From Octopus vulgaris (lineage: Eukaryota): a stretch of 64,000 nucleotides of DNA. The translations under genes and the position numbers were made by a program. Where the stretch lies: contig OX597816.1 of assembly GCA_951406725.2 (NCBI GenBank), forward strand, positions 181,846,001 through 181,910,000, in the 5' to 3' direction. This document shows positions 1 to 14,065 of the stretch, piece after piece; positions within the stretch are counted from its first letter, which is position 1, and the number at the start of each line of letters is the position of its first letter. The notes below the pieces were generated by a model. It saw only the letters and a program-made list of their open reading frames with translations. It was not told the origin of the DNA and did no database searches.

Positions 1-359
1 TTTGTTGTTTTCCTGGTTTATATTTATTTCCTATATTTATTTCTTATTTGTGTTCTTTGCAAACAGTGACTCTTTGTGTTCTTAGTCCCTTCTCTTCTCT
101 TATCAGAAATAGCCAAGTGTCTCTAATGTATATATAAATGTATATATAAACAGGTTCACTATAAGTGTCAGGTGCTACATTCGTTTGATCACTTCATACC
201 TATGACTATAATGAACGTGTGGGTGTGGGTGTGTATTGCCATATATATAATGGACGTATATATATATATAATAGATCTATCTCTGTGTATGTATGTGTGT
301 ATATATATATATATAATGGGGGTGTGCTCATATCTAATTGACGTATATACATATGATAT

Positions 360-412
<53 letters not shown>

Positions 413-1225
413 ACCTGTTTATCTTTCAGGCTCAAGGCCAGAGATTTTTAAGGAAAGTAGAATCGTTGACATAGCATCGACTTCAGTATTTCACTGGTGT
501 TAATATTATATTTGATAATGAAGGGATCAAAGGCAAATTGAAATCATCTGGGTGTGATATGAACCCAAAACGTTAGGAACAAGAACAAAATAGCACAATT
601 GCCATTCTGCGATGTGGAAGCGATTCTTCCAATCCATATATTAGATTGGTAAACACGGTATATATAGGCTGTGTGTGTGGATTTGATTCTCTTTGCATTC
701 TGTGTCAGTGTGTGTCTGACTGTACATGTCTAACAAAAATGTTCTAGATGTGCATATAATGTGTATATGTAAATAATATATATCTAGATGTGCATACATA
801 TATACGTGTGTAATACATATCGTTGTTATATCTATATACATGTAACAGATGAATTAATTGTACTTCATGTGTATATATGTATTCATATTATTTGTTTCAA
901 AATACTTTAACGAATATCTCATAAATATATGAGCATGTATATAAAGATGTGTATATATATATATATATATGTATTCAAATATGCTTACATATATATGTGA
1001 ATGTACGTGTATATACTCACATATACACGTGTATATATTGTGTGTTTGTGTGTGTGCATATATATTAACTTTATATATATATATATATATATATATTGTG
1101 TGTGTGTGCGTGAGTATAGATACATTCATATGTACACATACATATGAAAAGGTGATGATAGTGGTGCTGCCCCAGCATGGCCATAATCTGGGCTTTGAAA
1201 TACACTAAAGAATAAAATGGAGATG

Positions 1226-1513
<288 letters not shown>

Positions 1514-2559
1514 ATGTTGCTCGTGTGTTCAAGTTGACCAGTGGTTTCTATGCCTGGATGCCCTTCATGACTTCAACCACTTTACAGGTCACTGAGTATT
1601 TGTTCATTGTGTCTGCACCAAGGAGCTCTCATTTATCTCAAGACTGAAGAGTCATCTCAACAGTGGGAAATAGGGAATAGGTAGTTTGAATATATTATAC
1701 ATATGTGTGTGTGTGTATATATATTTGTATGTTTGTGTATGCATGTATATCTGTATGTATGTGTATATCTATGCATGTACATATATATGTATGGATATAC
1801 ATATTTGCTTATATATATACATTTGGGCGTGTATATTTATGTATAAATACATAATTTCATCATAATCCCTTTTGTATCCATTTTCCATGCTGGCATGTGT
1901 TGTACTGGTCATCGCAGTCCAAGGTACTTCTGTTTGAGAACTACGTTTCACAAGGACACCATGCTACTTGATTTGACTTGATTTCTACAGCTTGATTCCT
2001 TTCCAAACACCGACCACTTTACAGCATGTATTGCATGCATTTCCGTATGACACCAACATGAGAGTTATTCAGTAGTCCTTGGTGAGAAGACCTAAGACGC
2101 CTACACTTCCCCGCTCCTTTCGTGAACCACTAACAGTACGGACAGTGAGATGGAGTGCCTTGTGGCCAGAAAATGTAAATTTGGAGAAAGAGCAGTGCCA
2201 ACACAGATGGCTATTTGTAAGGTGGTGGTAAAGAAGTGAATGGGGCTGGACATTGGCACCGGTTACCAAAGAAGGGCTTTGCAGAGAAAGAACAATGACA
2301 TGCGAAAGAGCAGAATGGGTGAGTGGTGGAAAGAATAGGAATAATGCAGAGGAAATTGTAGAGGTGGCTGGAAAGTAAAACGTGTTATTGGCAATAGGTG
2401 GGGACACACACACACACATACATAGATGCATAGATGTAGAGGTGCATGATGAGATCAATGTGAGAGATGGATGGTTACAGAGGTGGTTCAGAGGTGAGGT
2501 ATTGCTATCTGGCAACACAGCATGGTAAAGTTAGTGTATTGGATCATGGGAGGAATGCA

Positions 2560-2659
<100 letters not shown>

Positions 2660-3349
2660 TGTGTGTGAATTTTCAGTTCTTTGAAATATGTTTGTGCTGT
2701 ATTTCAACTTCTAAAGGCAAATTCAATATAAATTTGCATTTAGAATATCACAAACGTGTTATAACCAACCTAAAGTTTGCTTATGCATAAACACTGCATG
2801 GCACTTATACTGCTGTAACATATGTATATATTTGTGTGTGTGGGTATATATATATATATATATATTCACATGAAGGGCACTAACCAGTACCAGTGTCCCT
2901 TATCACTTTAGTGACGTCTGTATTTCTGTTTTTAGGTTGTAAAATTGCAAATAAGCCACCCATATTATTTATACCGACACAAACACACAGACAATGGCGC
3001 TTGGTGCAGTCCTCTGGCTTGCCAGCTCCTGTCAAACCATCCACCCATGCCAGTATGGAAGACAGATGTTAAATGATGATGGTGATGTGGTCTTGGTCTG
3101 TTGAAGTGTAAGTGGGCCAAGAGATGAGGTTGCTGCAATTAGGACAGTTGATTGGGAGATCTGAGATGGTGGTTGAGCAACATGTAGCAGGATGGAAGGC
3201 CAAGGATATATGGTCAGGTCATAAGAAGGTAGACCTAGCTGTGTTGCGGCTTCTGAACAACTATCCTTGAGTTAGAATGCATGTGTATGCGCATATATGT
3301 GTATCTTTATGCATATATGTATATTGCATATATACATATGTGTATATGT

Positions 3350-3612
3350 GAAGCTGTGTGGCTTTGTGGTTGGGGTATTCGATTCATGATTGTTAGATCA
3401 TGAGTTCAATTCCTGGTGGAACCTTTCATCATTGAGCAAGCTACTTTATTCAAAAGGCCAGCAGCCTTGTCATATTCTGTGTCATGCTGAATTTCCCAGA
3501 GAACTATGTTAAAAGAATGCATGTCTAGAGCACTCTGCTTCTTGCACGTTTATTTCACATGCAGGCTTTTCCATTGATCAGATCAACTGGAACTCATATG
3601 TGACAGACTGCC
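3350..3612 (+). mobile_element. Degenerate tRNA-derived SINE (family D)
   Basis: Head gtggctttgtggttggggtattc...gagttcaattcctgg (A/B-box-like) followed by ttgagcaag; resembles copies at 8222 and 51464. Confidence 0.55.
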
Positions 3613-5029
3613 AGTTTATATGTGTGTGTATCTATATTTATACACACACACACACACACACATTTTAACAACTGTTTTTTCCCTGCTAACCCTATCCTGT
3701 TTCCAAGCAACCGTTCCTGTCCCCCTCCCCTACCCAGTCAAACAACAAACATCCTGGATATGCTTTCATAGACAATTGCAAACGAAACTGAATGAACAGT
3801 GACACAACTATTTGCATACATGTCATAACAAGAGAAATAATACACTTGGGTGTGCCCATGCACACACACACACACCTCAGTCTGTGTTTATAGTAGAGTA
3901 CACAAGCCAACTATGTCCATATAGTGGGAGTGAGTCCCAAATTACATGCCTGTACCTTATTAGAGATGATATATGGGACAAAAATTGCTGAAGTGAAATC
4001 TAAGAAACACCAAGCCTCATGAGACAAAACAAAACAAATGAAGATATTTGCAGTATCCAGCCCATGCCAGCATGGAAAAGAAAAAGAAATTAATGTTACG
4101 ACAATGATGAATCACCATTACATTCAATGTTGATCAATGAAAAAGGTATCTAAGAATAGTTTGCAGGTCATGAAAGACAGCAATACAACAGCATTAGTGG
4201 CGTTGTTGACTAGTTCAATTTTTTTAAACAGGTAACTTCAGTGACACATCTCTTGAACTAGTGATGGATAGGGATTTTACATTTTCAGTTGGATTTAATT
4301 AATTCTTTACATTCTGTGTTTAAATCGTATGAAAATCATCAAAATATGTACCAGTGGCTTGATTAAATCTATTCTACCTTCCCCAAAATTCTGTTGCTTT
4401 GAGTCTGTGACATATCATTTCTTATTAGTATTTTATAAAGATGGATTGTAACAGAAATGGTAGAATACTGTCTAATAACATGTTCCATGGGGTTTAAATA
4501 ACTTTGTCTTTGTAGGGAATAAGAAATAAGACACAATTGCTTCCATCATCATTATAACTTGTTAATTTGTCTTAAGATTGTCATTCACCTGCAGTTGAGA
4601 ATCTCACTGGATAAAATATATTTCATGCCAGTATCTATCTATCTATATCTGTCTGTCTGTCTATCTATCAATAAGAATGTCAAGTAGGAAAATTGTTATC
4701 AAACCAAGCGTGTGTGTGTGTGTGTGTAAGTATATTTTTCAATCGCCTTATGTTCATTTTCCTTGCAAGGATAGATTAGAAATATGTGTGACTGAGGCAT
4801 TGTTCTGTGGCTGGACGCTCTTTTTGTTGCCTCTGTCTTTCAGTTATGGGATCTCTTAATTCATACTGCTTCAGAGTGAATAGGTTTGTTAACAAGAGAA
4901 CTGGTGACAACAACAACAACAACACTGCCCACACCTTGCAACTTCTTGTTGAATCTAGAAACCGAAAAACAAACGCAGATGCGCGCGCGCACACACGTGT
5001 GTGTGATGAGTGTGTATCTATATATAATG

Positions 5030-5172
5030 ATTTTTTTCAGTTTTCGTCTGCCAAATCCACTCACAAAGTCTTAGTTAGCTTTGGGCTTTAGTAGAAGACA
5101 TTTACTCAAGGTGCTGTGCAATAGAACTGAACTCAAAGTTATGTCATTGGGAAAGAAACCTCTTAACCACAA
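5030..5172 (-). mobile_element. Head of SINE family B, degenerate
   Basis: ccaaatccactcacaaag...agtagaagacatttactcaaggtg is the reverse complement of the family B head at 56966. Confidence 0.7.
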
Positions 5173-5191
5173 TTCTCTCTCTCTCTCTCTG

Positions 5192-5225
<34 letters not shown>

Positions 5226-5226
<1 letters not shown>

Positions 5227-5590
5227 CGTTGTTATGCAAAAGTGTCGTAAGTCCAAAACGTTGACTTTTCAGGAAACGAAAAAAATAGTTTCTCTATTCC
5301 ATTTTCTTTTTACATTAGCAACAATAATAGCTTAAGAATAATACTTTGTTGGGTGCATAAAATTGTAACTTCATGGGTGTATAACAGTCAGAAATATTTT
5401 TGCAAAAGTCGTATGTAGAGCTGTCTAGACTTTTGAAAAATGCTAAACCGTTGTACTACACTTTGACAATTTTCATCTGAAGCAACTGGAGTACAATAGT
5501 TTGATCAAGAGAACCAGTGAAATTAAATAATGAAAAAAAAACCCATTTGGCCAAATTTGGACATACGATAGTTTAACATAATAGCAACGA
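5226..5590. mobile_element. MITE (about 365 bp) with about 35-bp imperfect TIRs and TA target duplication
   Basis: Left ta|tcgttgttatgcaaaagtgtcgtaagtccaaa matches the reverse complement of the right end ta|tcgttgctattatgttaaactatcgtatgtccaaa; non-coding interior. TA TSD is typical of the Tc1/mariner superfamily. Confidence 0.75.
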
Positions 5591-5601
5591 TATATATATA
5601 T

Positions 5602-5924
5602 ATCACTTTGATCACTTTGACCGACCAGTCCGTCAGGCGTCCATTTGACACCGCTGGTCACAGCACGCTGTCCACTCCTCTCTGGATCGCGCCTTTCTCA
5701 TCCACGTGATCCCAATCGTCCTCCTGAAATCGTAACTCCACCGTCGTGGAGGTCTTCCGGGTGGTCTGTTCCGCTCGCGCGGGTACCACTCGACAACTGC
5801 ATGGGTCCACCGATTATCGGTGAACCAGGCGATGTGTCCAGCCCATCTATACTTGCTGCGTGTATACCCTGCGATGACATCTCTCACGCCGGACTTCTTT
5901 CTGATGATCTTGCTAGATCATCAG

Positions 5925-5926
<2 letters not shown>
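5602..5926 (-). mobile_element. 3' fragment of an RTE-clade LINE (RT C-terminus)
   Basis: ORF 5633-5887(-): KYRWAGHIA..DNRWT..VVEWYPRE..RPPGRPPRRW, the typical RTE C-terminal motif; flanked by (TA)n on both sides. Confidence 0.85.
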
Positions 5927-5977
<51 letters not shown>

Positions 5978-6161
5978 GTGTGTGTGTGTGTGTGTGTGTA
6001 AAAACATTCCAACAGGAATCCTGTGAGGAGTTCTTTTCTTTTTCTGATTGTTCTGGGCCATTGCCTTGAGCAAAGTCTGACAGCATCCAAGATAATGTCC
6101 TTACTGTCAAACAGAAGTTGAGCTTGTATCTCTCTGACCATGACTATGCCAATTATCTTAC

Positions 6162-6246
6162 CCTCACAACTCTTCCACGATGTGTGAAGCGCAAGACTTG
6201 TTAACACCCCTTTAATATACTGCTGCCAAAGTCGGTTTCTCAAAGA
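6162..6246 (-). other. Weak candidate internal exon (SLRNRLWQQYIKGVLTSLALHTSWKSCE)
   Basis: Minus strand catatag|TCTTTG...GTGAGG|gtaaga with one open frame; no protein family recognised. Confidence 0.2.
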
Positions 6247-7234
6247 CTATATGATCATCAATGAGAAATGAAAATCCACTTGCCTATCTATTCCATTGAT
6301 GGCACACAAATGGAAGAAGGCTATTGACTCCAATACCATGGGGCCTATGTTACTAATAGTAAGTAAAACTTCCTGACACTCAAGAGACTTGAGTGCTTTT
6401 AATAAGCTCTAAGACTCAAGGTAATCAAATATTTCAAAATGAAGATGGTTGACTTGGCCTTTCATCCTTTTTGGTATTGATGAAATAAGTACCAGTTGAC
6501 CACAAGGGTCGATACAAACGTCTAAATTTTTCTCCCCAAAATTTTAAACCTTGTGCCTATAGCAGAAAGGATTCTTCAGGGCACACACTCATATGGACAC
6601 ATGTATATGTGCATGTATACAGATACATATGTGTGTGTATGTATATATACACACACATACGTTTGTGTGTATGCATATATGTGTACATGCAACTCATGAG
6701 GGACTCTGCTCTATCAACCTTCTCTCCCACCCACATCTCAACCCCTAACTCCTATCACTTCCTCTCTCAGAGCAGGCACATACTACTCCATCTCACTTTC
6801 TTATTTACCATTCCCCTCCCCAGTTACCTTTCTTTCCCCACCTACTCTCCCATCCCTGTACTACTCTCCATCATCAACTCTTCGCTTACCTGCTATCACC
6901 CTCAATGCCCTCATATCGACTGGAACCTCTGCCCCACTCCAAGTCTCTTATATTTTTCTCCCATCATTTGCTACAGCCACCCCTTCCTGCCCACACATCC
7001 AATGCAGACCTCTGCATCTCCTCACTTTTTCTCTCCTCGACCAATGTCCCTTGAGGGTTTGTCCCAACACAGCTCTGCCATCCTCTCTCTGTCACGCTCT
7101 TTGTATTACTCCCCAATTCACTCACCTTTCTACTCAACAGCAACACACTTATATTTGTCCCCTCTATACCTTAAATCTCTCTAACCCTAACCCTCTCAAT
7201 ATTACTCCCCTTCCCAGTTAAGGGGGGCGGGGGG

Positions 7235-7467
7235 TGCCTTGCGAGGTACTTGATGAGCCTGTCGGTGCTGGTGTCACGTAAGGAAACACTGGTGATGGTG
7301 CCACATAAAAGCATGCATTACACTCTGAGAGTGGTTGGCGTTAGGAAGGCAGCCAACTGTAGAAACCCTGCTAAAACAGACAATGGAACCTGGTGCTATT
7401 CCAGTTCCTGTCAAACCGTCCAACCCATGCCAGCATGGAAACCGGACGTTTAGTGGTGATGATGATG
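7235..7467 (+). mobile_element. SINE family C (RTE-like tail ending in (GAT)n)
   Basis: gtggttggcgttaggaaggc...ccgtccaacccatgccagcatggaa...gatgatgatg, shared with 33137, 53045 and 54285. Confidence 0.8.
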
Positions 7468-7471
7468 TATC

Positions 7472-7820
7472 GGCGCAGGGGCGACTGTATAGCTAGAAGT
7501 TTGAACCCCAAGCACATGGTTCTGGGTCCAGTCCCACCGCGTGGTACTTTGGGCAGATGTCTTCTACAATGACCTTGGGCCACCACCTAGTGGGTGGATT
7601 TGCTAGATGGAAACAGAAAAGAAGTCGATCCTGTGTGTGTTTGACAACCAGTGTTGGAGTGTTTACGTTCCCATAATTTAAGCAGCCGGGTAAAAGAGAG
7701 CGATAGAATAGCTACCATGCTTACAAAGAGTAAATAAATACTAAGGTTGATTCGTTCAACTAAAATTCCTCAAGGCAGTGCCCCAGCATGGCTGCAGTCT
7801 GATAACTGAAACACGTATGA
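7472..7820 (+). mobile_element. tRNA-derived SINE family B (possibly the Octopus OR/CORE-type family)
   Basis: catggttctgggtccagtcccac...gggcagatgtcttctac...cagcatggctgcagtctgataactgaaaca; family name recalled, not verified. Confidence 0.75.
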
Positions 7821-8096
7821 GTAAATTATAAACTTAGATATATTGACTATTATTAGCAGAGGACAATTGCAGTTATGATGAGGTCAACATAAGCAGGGAG
7901 TTATAGGCTGACACGTGTGTGTGTGTGTGCATATATGGGTCTGCGTTTGTAATAGCATTAGAAAGGGCATCTAGATGTAGAAGCCACGCCAAAGCTGACA
8001 AGAGTTTGGCGCAGTCCTCTCGCTTACCAGCTCCTTTCAATCGTCCAGTCCAGGTCAACGTGGAAAGCGAACGTTAAATGACAATGATGATGATCG

Positions 8097-8131
<35 letters not shown>

Positions 8132-8221
8132 TACACATGTACATATGTACATATATTTAGGCGGAGGTAAAGAATACGCACACCACCCGTTTTCAACTTC
8201 GCCATATATTTATACGTGTAT

Positions 8222-8415
8222 AGAGGTGCGTGGCTTAGTGGTTAGGGTGTTGAACTCATCATCGTATAATTGTAGTTTCGATTCCTGAACGGGGCGATGC
8301 GTTGTGTTCTTGAGCAAAACACTTCATTTCACGTTGATCCAGTCCATTCAATCGATGAAAATGAGTAATCCTGCGTTGGAACGATGTCCCATCCAAGGAG
8401 GAATATATACGCCAG
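8222..8415 (+). mobile_element. tRNA-derived SINE family D
   Basis: ggtgcgtggcttagtggttagggtg (A box)...gtttcgattcct (B box)...ttcttgagcaaaacactt. Confidence 0.75.
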
Positions 8416-8881
8416 ATGTTTTTACAAGTTAGTTTTCTTCTGAAATGTGCGGTCTTAGTTTCAACCCTACTCTATCCTAATGATAGGAAAATAGCCCCAT
8501 GTCGCCCCTCGTCATATGACTTAAATTGGGTTACTAGAATTTTGGATAGATTGTCAATGTAATTCAAAGGGCTGTTTTGTCGGTGTCACCCTGAATCTAC
8601 CTGGAAATTAAGAGTACATGTCTTCAGAATTTTCGCCCGCTTATGCTATTATTGATTTCTATATATGGTGTAATATGATGTATATAAATACATTTGTCAC
8701 GCACATGCAGCTGTATATATATATATGTGTGTGTGTGCGGTCAACAAGAAAGTACTTCACCCAATGAGAGATAATAACATTTAGTGTACACAGAATGAAG
8801 ATACTAGCTGATAATGTCTTGCACTGGAGGCGCGGGTCTAGGCAGGTTTTTATAACACGCCTTGTGTCTCCAAGCAGTGCT

Positions 8882-8933
<52 letters not shown>

Positions 8934-8939
8934 CACATA

Positions 8940-10177
8940 TAGAGTGCGATGGGTAAATTGTCGCCAATTTGTTTTTTATTGCGCGCATGCGCATTGTTTT
9001 TGATTTTGTCGACCACAGAGTATAGTAGGGTCAGTTGAGCATCGTCTATGAGAAAAACAGCACCATGACGCAATTCACTCTGCCAGAAATTTGGAAACGA
9101 TATGCTGTACTACTTGACATTCATGTCGGAAGCTCCAACACGAACATTTCAGAGTGTTTGGGCGTCAATCTGAGGACAGTGCACAGGATTGGGAAAGAGT
9201 TAGATGAGTTTAATTCATAGTGTTTACGAAGGTACGGCAGCTCGGAAAACTCTCTCTTATCATTCTGATAAGAAAAGAAGTCTTGAATTTGTTGGTGAGA
9301 TCCAGGCCATGATTGACAACGATCCCTCCAAGTCGGGAGTGTCTGAGTTTCTTATCAGGCAGGTAGTGCACGAAGACATTCGGTATTCCTTATACAAGTT
9401 GAGAAAAGGCCAATTTTTATCCCAAGCCGTCAAGTACAAGAGGAAAGACTGCGCTACGAAACTATTGAACAAACTTAAGCATCCTCTCCAATCGAACATG
9501 CTTTGGTTTTTCTCAGACGAGATAAATTCGTGCCAGGATTAGATGGTGAATACACAGAACAACCGTTGGATTGCCGTGTCCTCAAAACATGTACCGAGAG
9601 TGATAAAAATCAAATATCATGGGGTTTGAAGTAATCACTAGTGGTGGCGACGTTATGCCTCTATTCATCTTCCCACAAGACCTCAGACTCATCATGGAGG
9701 CCTACATCAAGTTCCTGGAGGAGGTTCTGCTGCCCTGGGTCAAGAGGGTGGCTGCTGGAAGACTCTATGTCTGGCAACAGGACTCGACACCATTCCACAC
9801 AAACAGGAGAACCCAGTCATGGCTGTCAGACAATTCCTGGCCACCTAACTTCCCAGACTGCAACCCTCTTGATTGTTATGTGTGGGGCGCCGTTGAGCGA
9901 GATCAACAAAACTTCTTGTACTGCAAAGATGAAATTGAAGGCAAGGATTATGGCAGCATTCACCAACTGAAACAAGGGAGACGGTCCAGAAGAGTTACAA
10001 GAGATTCCGAAGTCGTCTGGAGACCGTGGTTGGAGCCAATGGCGTTTGTATTGAATAAATTTACTCTTAGTATTTCAAAATATATTTATGTAATTTTGGT
10101 AAATATATCTGTTAAAATGAGATGTCAGTGTTATTTTCATTTTTGCGTAATTTAGACGACAATTTATTCACCGCATC

Positions 10178-10180
<3 letters not shown>
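8940..10180 (+). mobile_element. Full-length, frameshifted Tc1/mariner transposon, maT/DD37D-like
   Basis: TIRs ta|tagagtgcgatgggtaaattgtcgcc and (rc) ta|caggatgcggtgaataaattgtcgtc. ORF pieces 9035-9970 carry an HTH-like N-terminus, WFFSDE, WQQDSTPFHT and WPPNFPDCNPLDCYVWGAVE (third catalytic residue D). Broken by stops and frameshifts. Confidence 0.9.
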
Positions 10181-10223
<43 letters not shown>

Positions 10224-10471
10224 AAATTTTAAATTTTAAAATGCATGGCAAATAAACAAGCGACATAACGCATACTAAGTGTGTAAGTGGACGGGAGACA
10301 AAGGCGGTCCCCTAATTCTTCAACAGTTATTAAGCACCATTGATATTTATGTAATATACGTACTCATATATACATTTGTGTGTGTATACACACACACACA
10401 GTGCCTTTCAATGCTGGCATATGTGCACATGTGTATATCTTGTTTCAGTTATTAGACTGCGGCCTTGCCTA

Positions 10472-10712
10472 TATGCGTGGCTGTGTGATAAGAAGTTTGC
10501 TTTCCAACCACATGGTTCTGGGTTCAGTCCCACTGCGTGGCACCATGGGCAAGCGTCTTCTATAGCCTCGGGCCGACCAAAGCCTTGTGAGTGGTTTTGG
10601 TAAACGGAAACTGAAAGAAGCCTGTCATATATATATACATATGAGAACGTTAAAATAAGTACTGGGCTTACAAAGAATAAGCCACGGAGTCGATTTGTTC
10701 GACTAAAGGTGG
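10472..10712 (+). mobile_element. SINE family B (internally deleted)
   Basis: gcgtggctgtgtgataagaagtttgc...ggttcagtcccactgcgtggcacc...aaactgaaagaagcc...cttacaaagaataag. Confidence 0.85.
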
Positions 10713-10714
10713 GG

Positions 10715-11086
10715 CTATTCTTTTACTCTTACTTGTTTCAGTCAGTTGACTGTGGCCATGCTGGAGCACCACCTTAGAGGGTGTTAGTCGAAGAAATCAA
10801 CCCCAGGACATTTTTTGTAAGCATAGTACTTATTCTATCGGTCTCTTTCGCTAAGTTACGGGGGCATAAACACACCAGCATCGGTTGCCTAGCGATGGCG
10901 GGGGGACACATACAGACACACACATACATACATACATACATTCATATATATATATACGATGGGCTTCTTCCAGTTTCCGTCTACCAAATCCACTCACAGG
11001 GCCCGACGCTATAGTAGAAGACACTTGCCCAAGGTGCCACGCAGTGGGACTGAACCCGGAATCATGTGGTTGGGAAGCAAGTTCTT
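10715..11086 (-). mobile_element. SINE family B, inverted relative to the preceding copy
   Basis: Reverse complement aligns along the 56966-57376 copy. Confidence 0.85.
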
Positions 11087-11225
11087 ACGGCTACTTATAA
11101 TATTTCGTACGCTTTATCCTTTTATACGTTTCAGCACTAAGGCTGTGACCAAGCTGGGGCACCGTCTTAGGGCTGCTTATCTCTCTCTCTCTCTCTATGT
11201 ATCTATCTATAATATATACATATAC

Positions 11226-11296
<71 letters not shown>

Positions 11297-13620
11297 GTAT
11301 GCTATGCTTGTATATATGTGTGTGCGTATGCATAAACACAGATACAGACTGATTACTTGAGAAATTATTTGTTTTCTTAAAGCCATATAAATAACCTGCT
11401 TTAAAACTGTTGTCTGTGTGAGAAAGAAAGAAAGAGGGAGAAAGAGCGAGTGGCAGCAGAGTGGAGGTGAGAGGAAGAGACTAAGCCAAGCAACTTTGTG
11501 TGTGTGTCTGTTAGGGGGGGGGGGAGCTTCAATGTTGTTTACTCCGCCTGTTCCTTAAACTTTTGTGACACCCCCCTCCCTCAATACTTGATAACCGGAG
11601 ACTAAACTCCTTTACGTGACCTACAACACGTTAGACGAGGAAACCTCTGATGAGGTTTCTCGATATGCTAGAAATAAGAACTAAATTTATCTTATATTCT
11701 CTCGCATTCCTAACATTTTAACGAAGAAAAATGGAAGAACCGCATTAGACAATGCAATCCTAGATACATTGGACGTGCAAAAGACGGGAAGATCGCAGCT
11801 AGAATGTCTTTTGTCTTCTGTCTAAACGAACTGGGCTGACCTGCTTCCACACAACTCGTTCGAACCCAGTACCCACCGCAACAATGTCTCTTACACCACC
11901 ACCAGCATGGAGCCAATATTCAAACCTAGTGTTGGTCTTCAACTCCAGATCGACCCTGTAATGAAAGGCCTTCTACTTGTACTTATTCCGTGTTAGATTT
12001 ATTCAAGTATATTTTTAAAAACGTGCATACATTCATAGTGACTAGAATTGCAAACGTGCCCTTCGTCTTTTTCTTGTTTTTTGGGGTGTGTGTGTGTGTG
12101 GGACGGGACTTGGGTGTTTGAAAGGGATTGTCCCAACTCAACCCCAAAAGCGAGCAGATCTATTATCGAAACCATTCCAAGGTGACCATTCCGTGTTTTC
12201 TTTGCTCTTTCTTGTCAGACATATTACGTTTAGATCTACATTATCCCGTCTGTCTGTCTTTATTAATAAGACTGGTGCTTTTAGCAGGACAAACGACCAC
12301 GTATGAGACTAGACCTAGTTGTCGAAAGCTCGTGTTGTGTTTATGATTCTAGTATATTTCCACTTCTCTACTATATACTTCTAATATATTCCACATCACT
12401 ACTGTATATATATAAATTTCTTACGGGTGGCTGACTGTCTCGTCAATGGACATTGCTACTACGACTTACGATTACAACTCTTCACTGACTCAAAACAATT
12501 TCCCTTCCCGCTCTCTCTTTCTCGTATATAATTTTTGTATTTTTTCTGTCTATCTTCATTTCCTTTTATTATATATTGTTAATAAAAGTAGTGTCTTAAT
12601 TCTAATAACGATTTCTTTTGTTTATCACAGGCGCATAGATGGGAGGGGGGGGCATTACCAGGAAAGTCTACAATATGTGTGTGGGGAAGATGAAGAGAAA
12701 GGGAAAAGATTGTGGGATAAAAGTATACATAGTACACAAAGTATGTGAATACATGGACGATGTAGTCCACCTGATGCAGCACCATATAAATAATAATAAT
12801 CTTAGAAACTACAACCAAATCTTGGTCAAATGACATCCATCTTAAATAGAAGAAAAAATGGGATACATAGGTCAATGGAGCCTCTGATATATATAAGACG
12901 GGTTGATCACGACTAGAACGAGTTTGGTTACAGGTCTGTTCGATTTGGTTTTGACCTGGGGCCAAACATACAACTAGCAGTCAAGTACAACGTAATAACA
13001 GGCAAATAGACTTACATATATACGCGCGCATATACGTACACAAGTGTCTACGTTCGTATGTTTGTTGTTTCAACCCATTTAAACAAAGACCATCCCATAT
13101 TTTTTTAAAACAATAAAGTGTTATTTGAAGGGTATGCAGCTGCTATGTTTAGTAGGTCGAAATACTCCTTAGCATTTACGAGTATGTATCATTCAACCGC
13201 GGTAGTGCTTGAATATATTCTTAAGTCCAACATTTCGTCAATCGCAGCAGCTTCCAAACTTCACTACTAATTCAGTTCTCAACTAAATTGCAAACTGTTA
13301 ATAGTTTTAAAGAGGACACTTCCTCAAGTACACTTCGGCATAAACAGTTTGAGATTTAGTTCAGTAGGAAAAAGTTACATCAAAATATCTGCGACCTCAG
13401 TTTTTTTTAAAATTTTAAATTAAAAGTATACTTTTCTTAGACTTAAATGATAGAAAAAAATGCATGAGGAATTCAGAATCGTTAGTTGCATTGAACAAAA
13501 GTTAGTAAAAAAAAAAAGTTATGAAGTCAAATATTATGAAATTTTATGTCAGGACGTAAGGGAGTAACGCTGAAACAATAAGAATAAAGAATCTAGTTCT
13601 AAAATGAATATTTACATTTT

Positions 13621-14065
13621 AAGGCGGCGAGCTAGCAGAAACGTCGGGCGAAATGCTTAGCAGTATTTCGTCTGCCGTTACGTTGTGAGTTCAAATTCCG
13701 CCGAGGTCGATTTACCTTTCATCCTTTCGATAAATTAAGTACCAGTTATGCACTGGGGTCGATGTAATCGACTTAATACTCATGTCTGTCCTTGTTTAGC
13801 CCCTTGTGGGTAATAAAGAAATGGGTATTTCGTCTGGCGTTACGTTCTGAGTTCAAATTCCGCCGAGGTCGACTTTGCCTTTCATCCTTTCGGAGTCGAT
13901 AAATTAAGTACCAGTTACGCACTGGGGTCGATGTAATCGACTTAATCCCTTTGTCTGTCTTTGTTTGTCCCTTCTATGTTTAGCCCCTTGTGGGTAATAA
14001 AGAAATAAGAAACGTTAGCAGTTTTTTTTGTTTCTTTACGTTTTGAGTTCAAATTTCGACTTTGA
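13621..14065 (+). mobile_element. Tandem multimer of tRNA-derived SINE family A (full unit, 5'-truncated unit, partial third)
   Basis: ggcggcgagctagcagaa...gagttcaaattccgccgaggtcgactttgcctttcatcctttcg...gataaattaagtaccag...ccccttgtgggtaataaagaaat, repeated. The central block resembles the Meta-SINE domain (from memory). Confidence 0.85.

Noticed and set aside
6609-7184. 191-aa ORF
   Set aside because: Low-complexity C/T-rich tract giving a P/S/L/H-biased translation.
7181-7194. Telomeric (CCCTAA)n
   Set aside because: Only about two units inside a pyrimidine-rich tract.
8222-8290. tRNA gene
   Set aside because: The A/B-box head runs into a SINE body and no complete cloverleaf forms; the same applies to the other SINE heads.
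11636-11675. CTGATGAG followed by GAAA as a possible hammerhead
   Set aside because: The core is buried in a hairpin (cgaggaaacctc-tgat-gaggtttctcg), no stem II closes at GAAA, and the GAAA belongs to a family E repeat.
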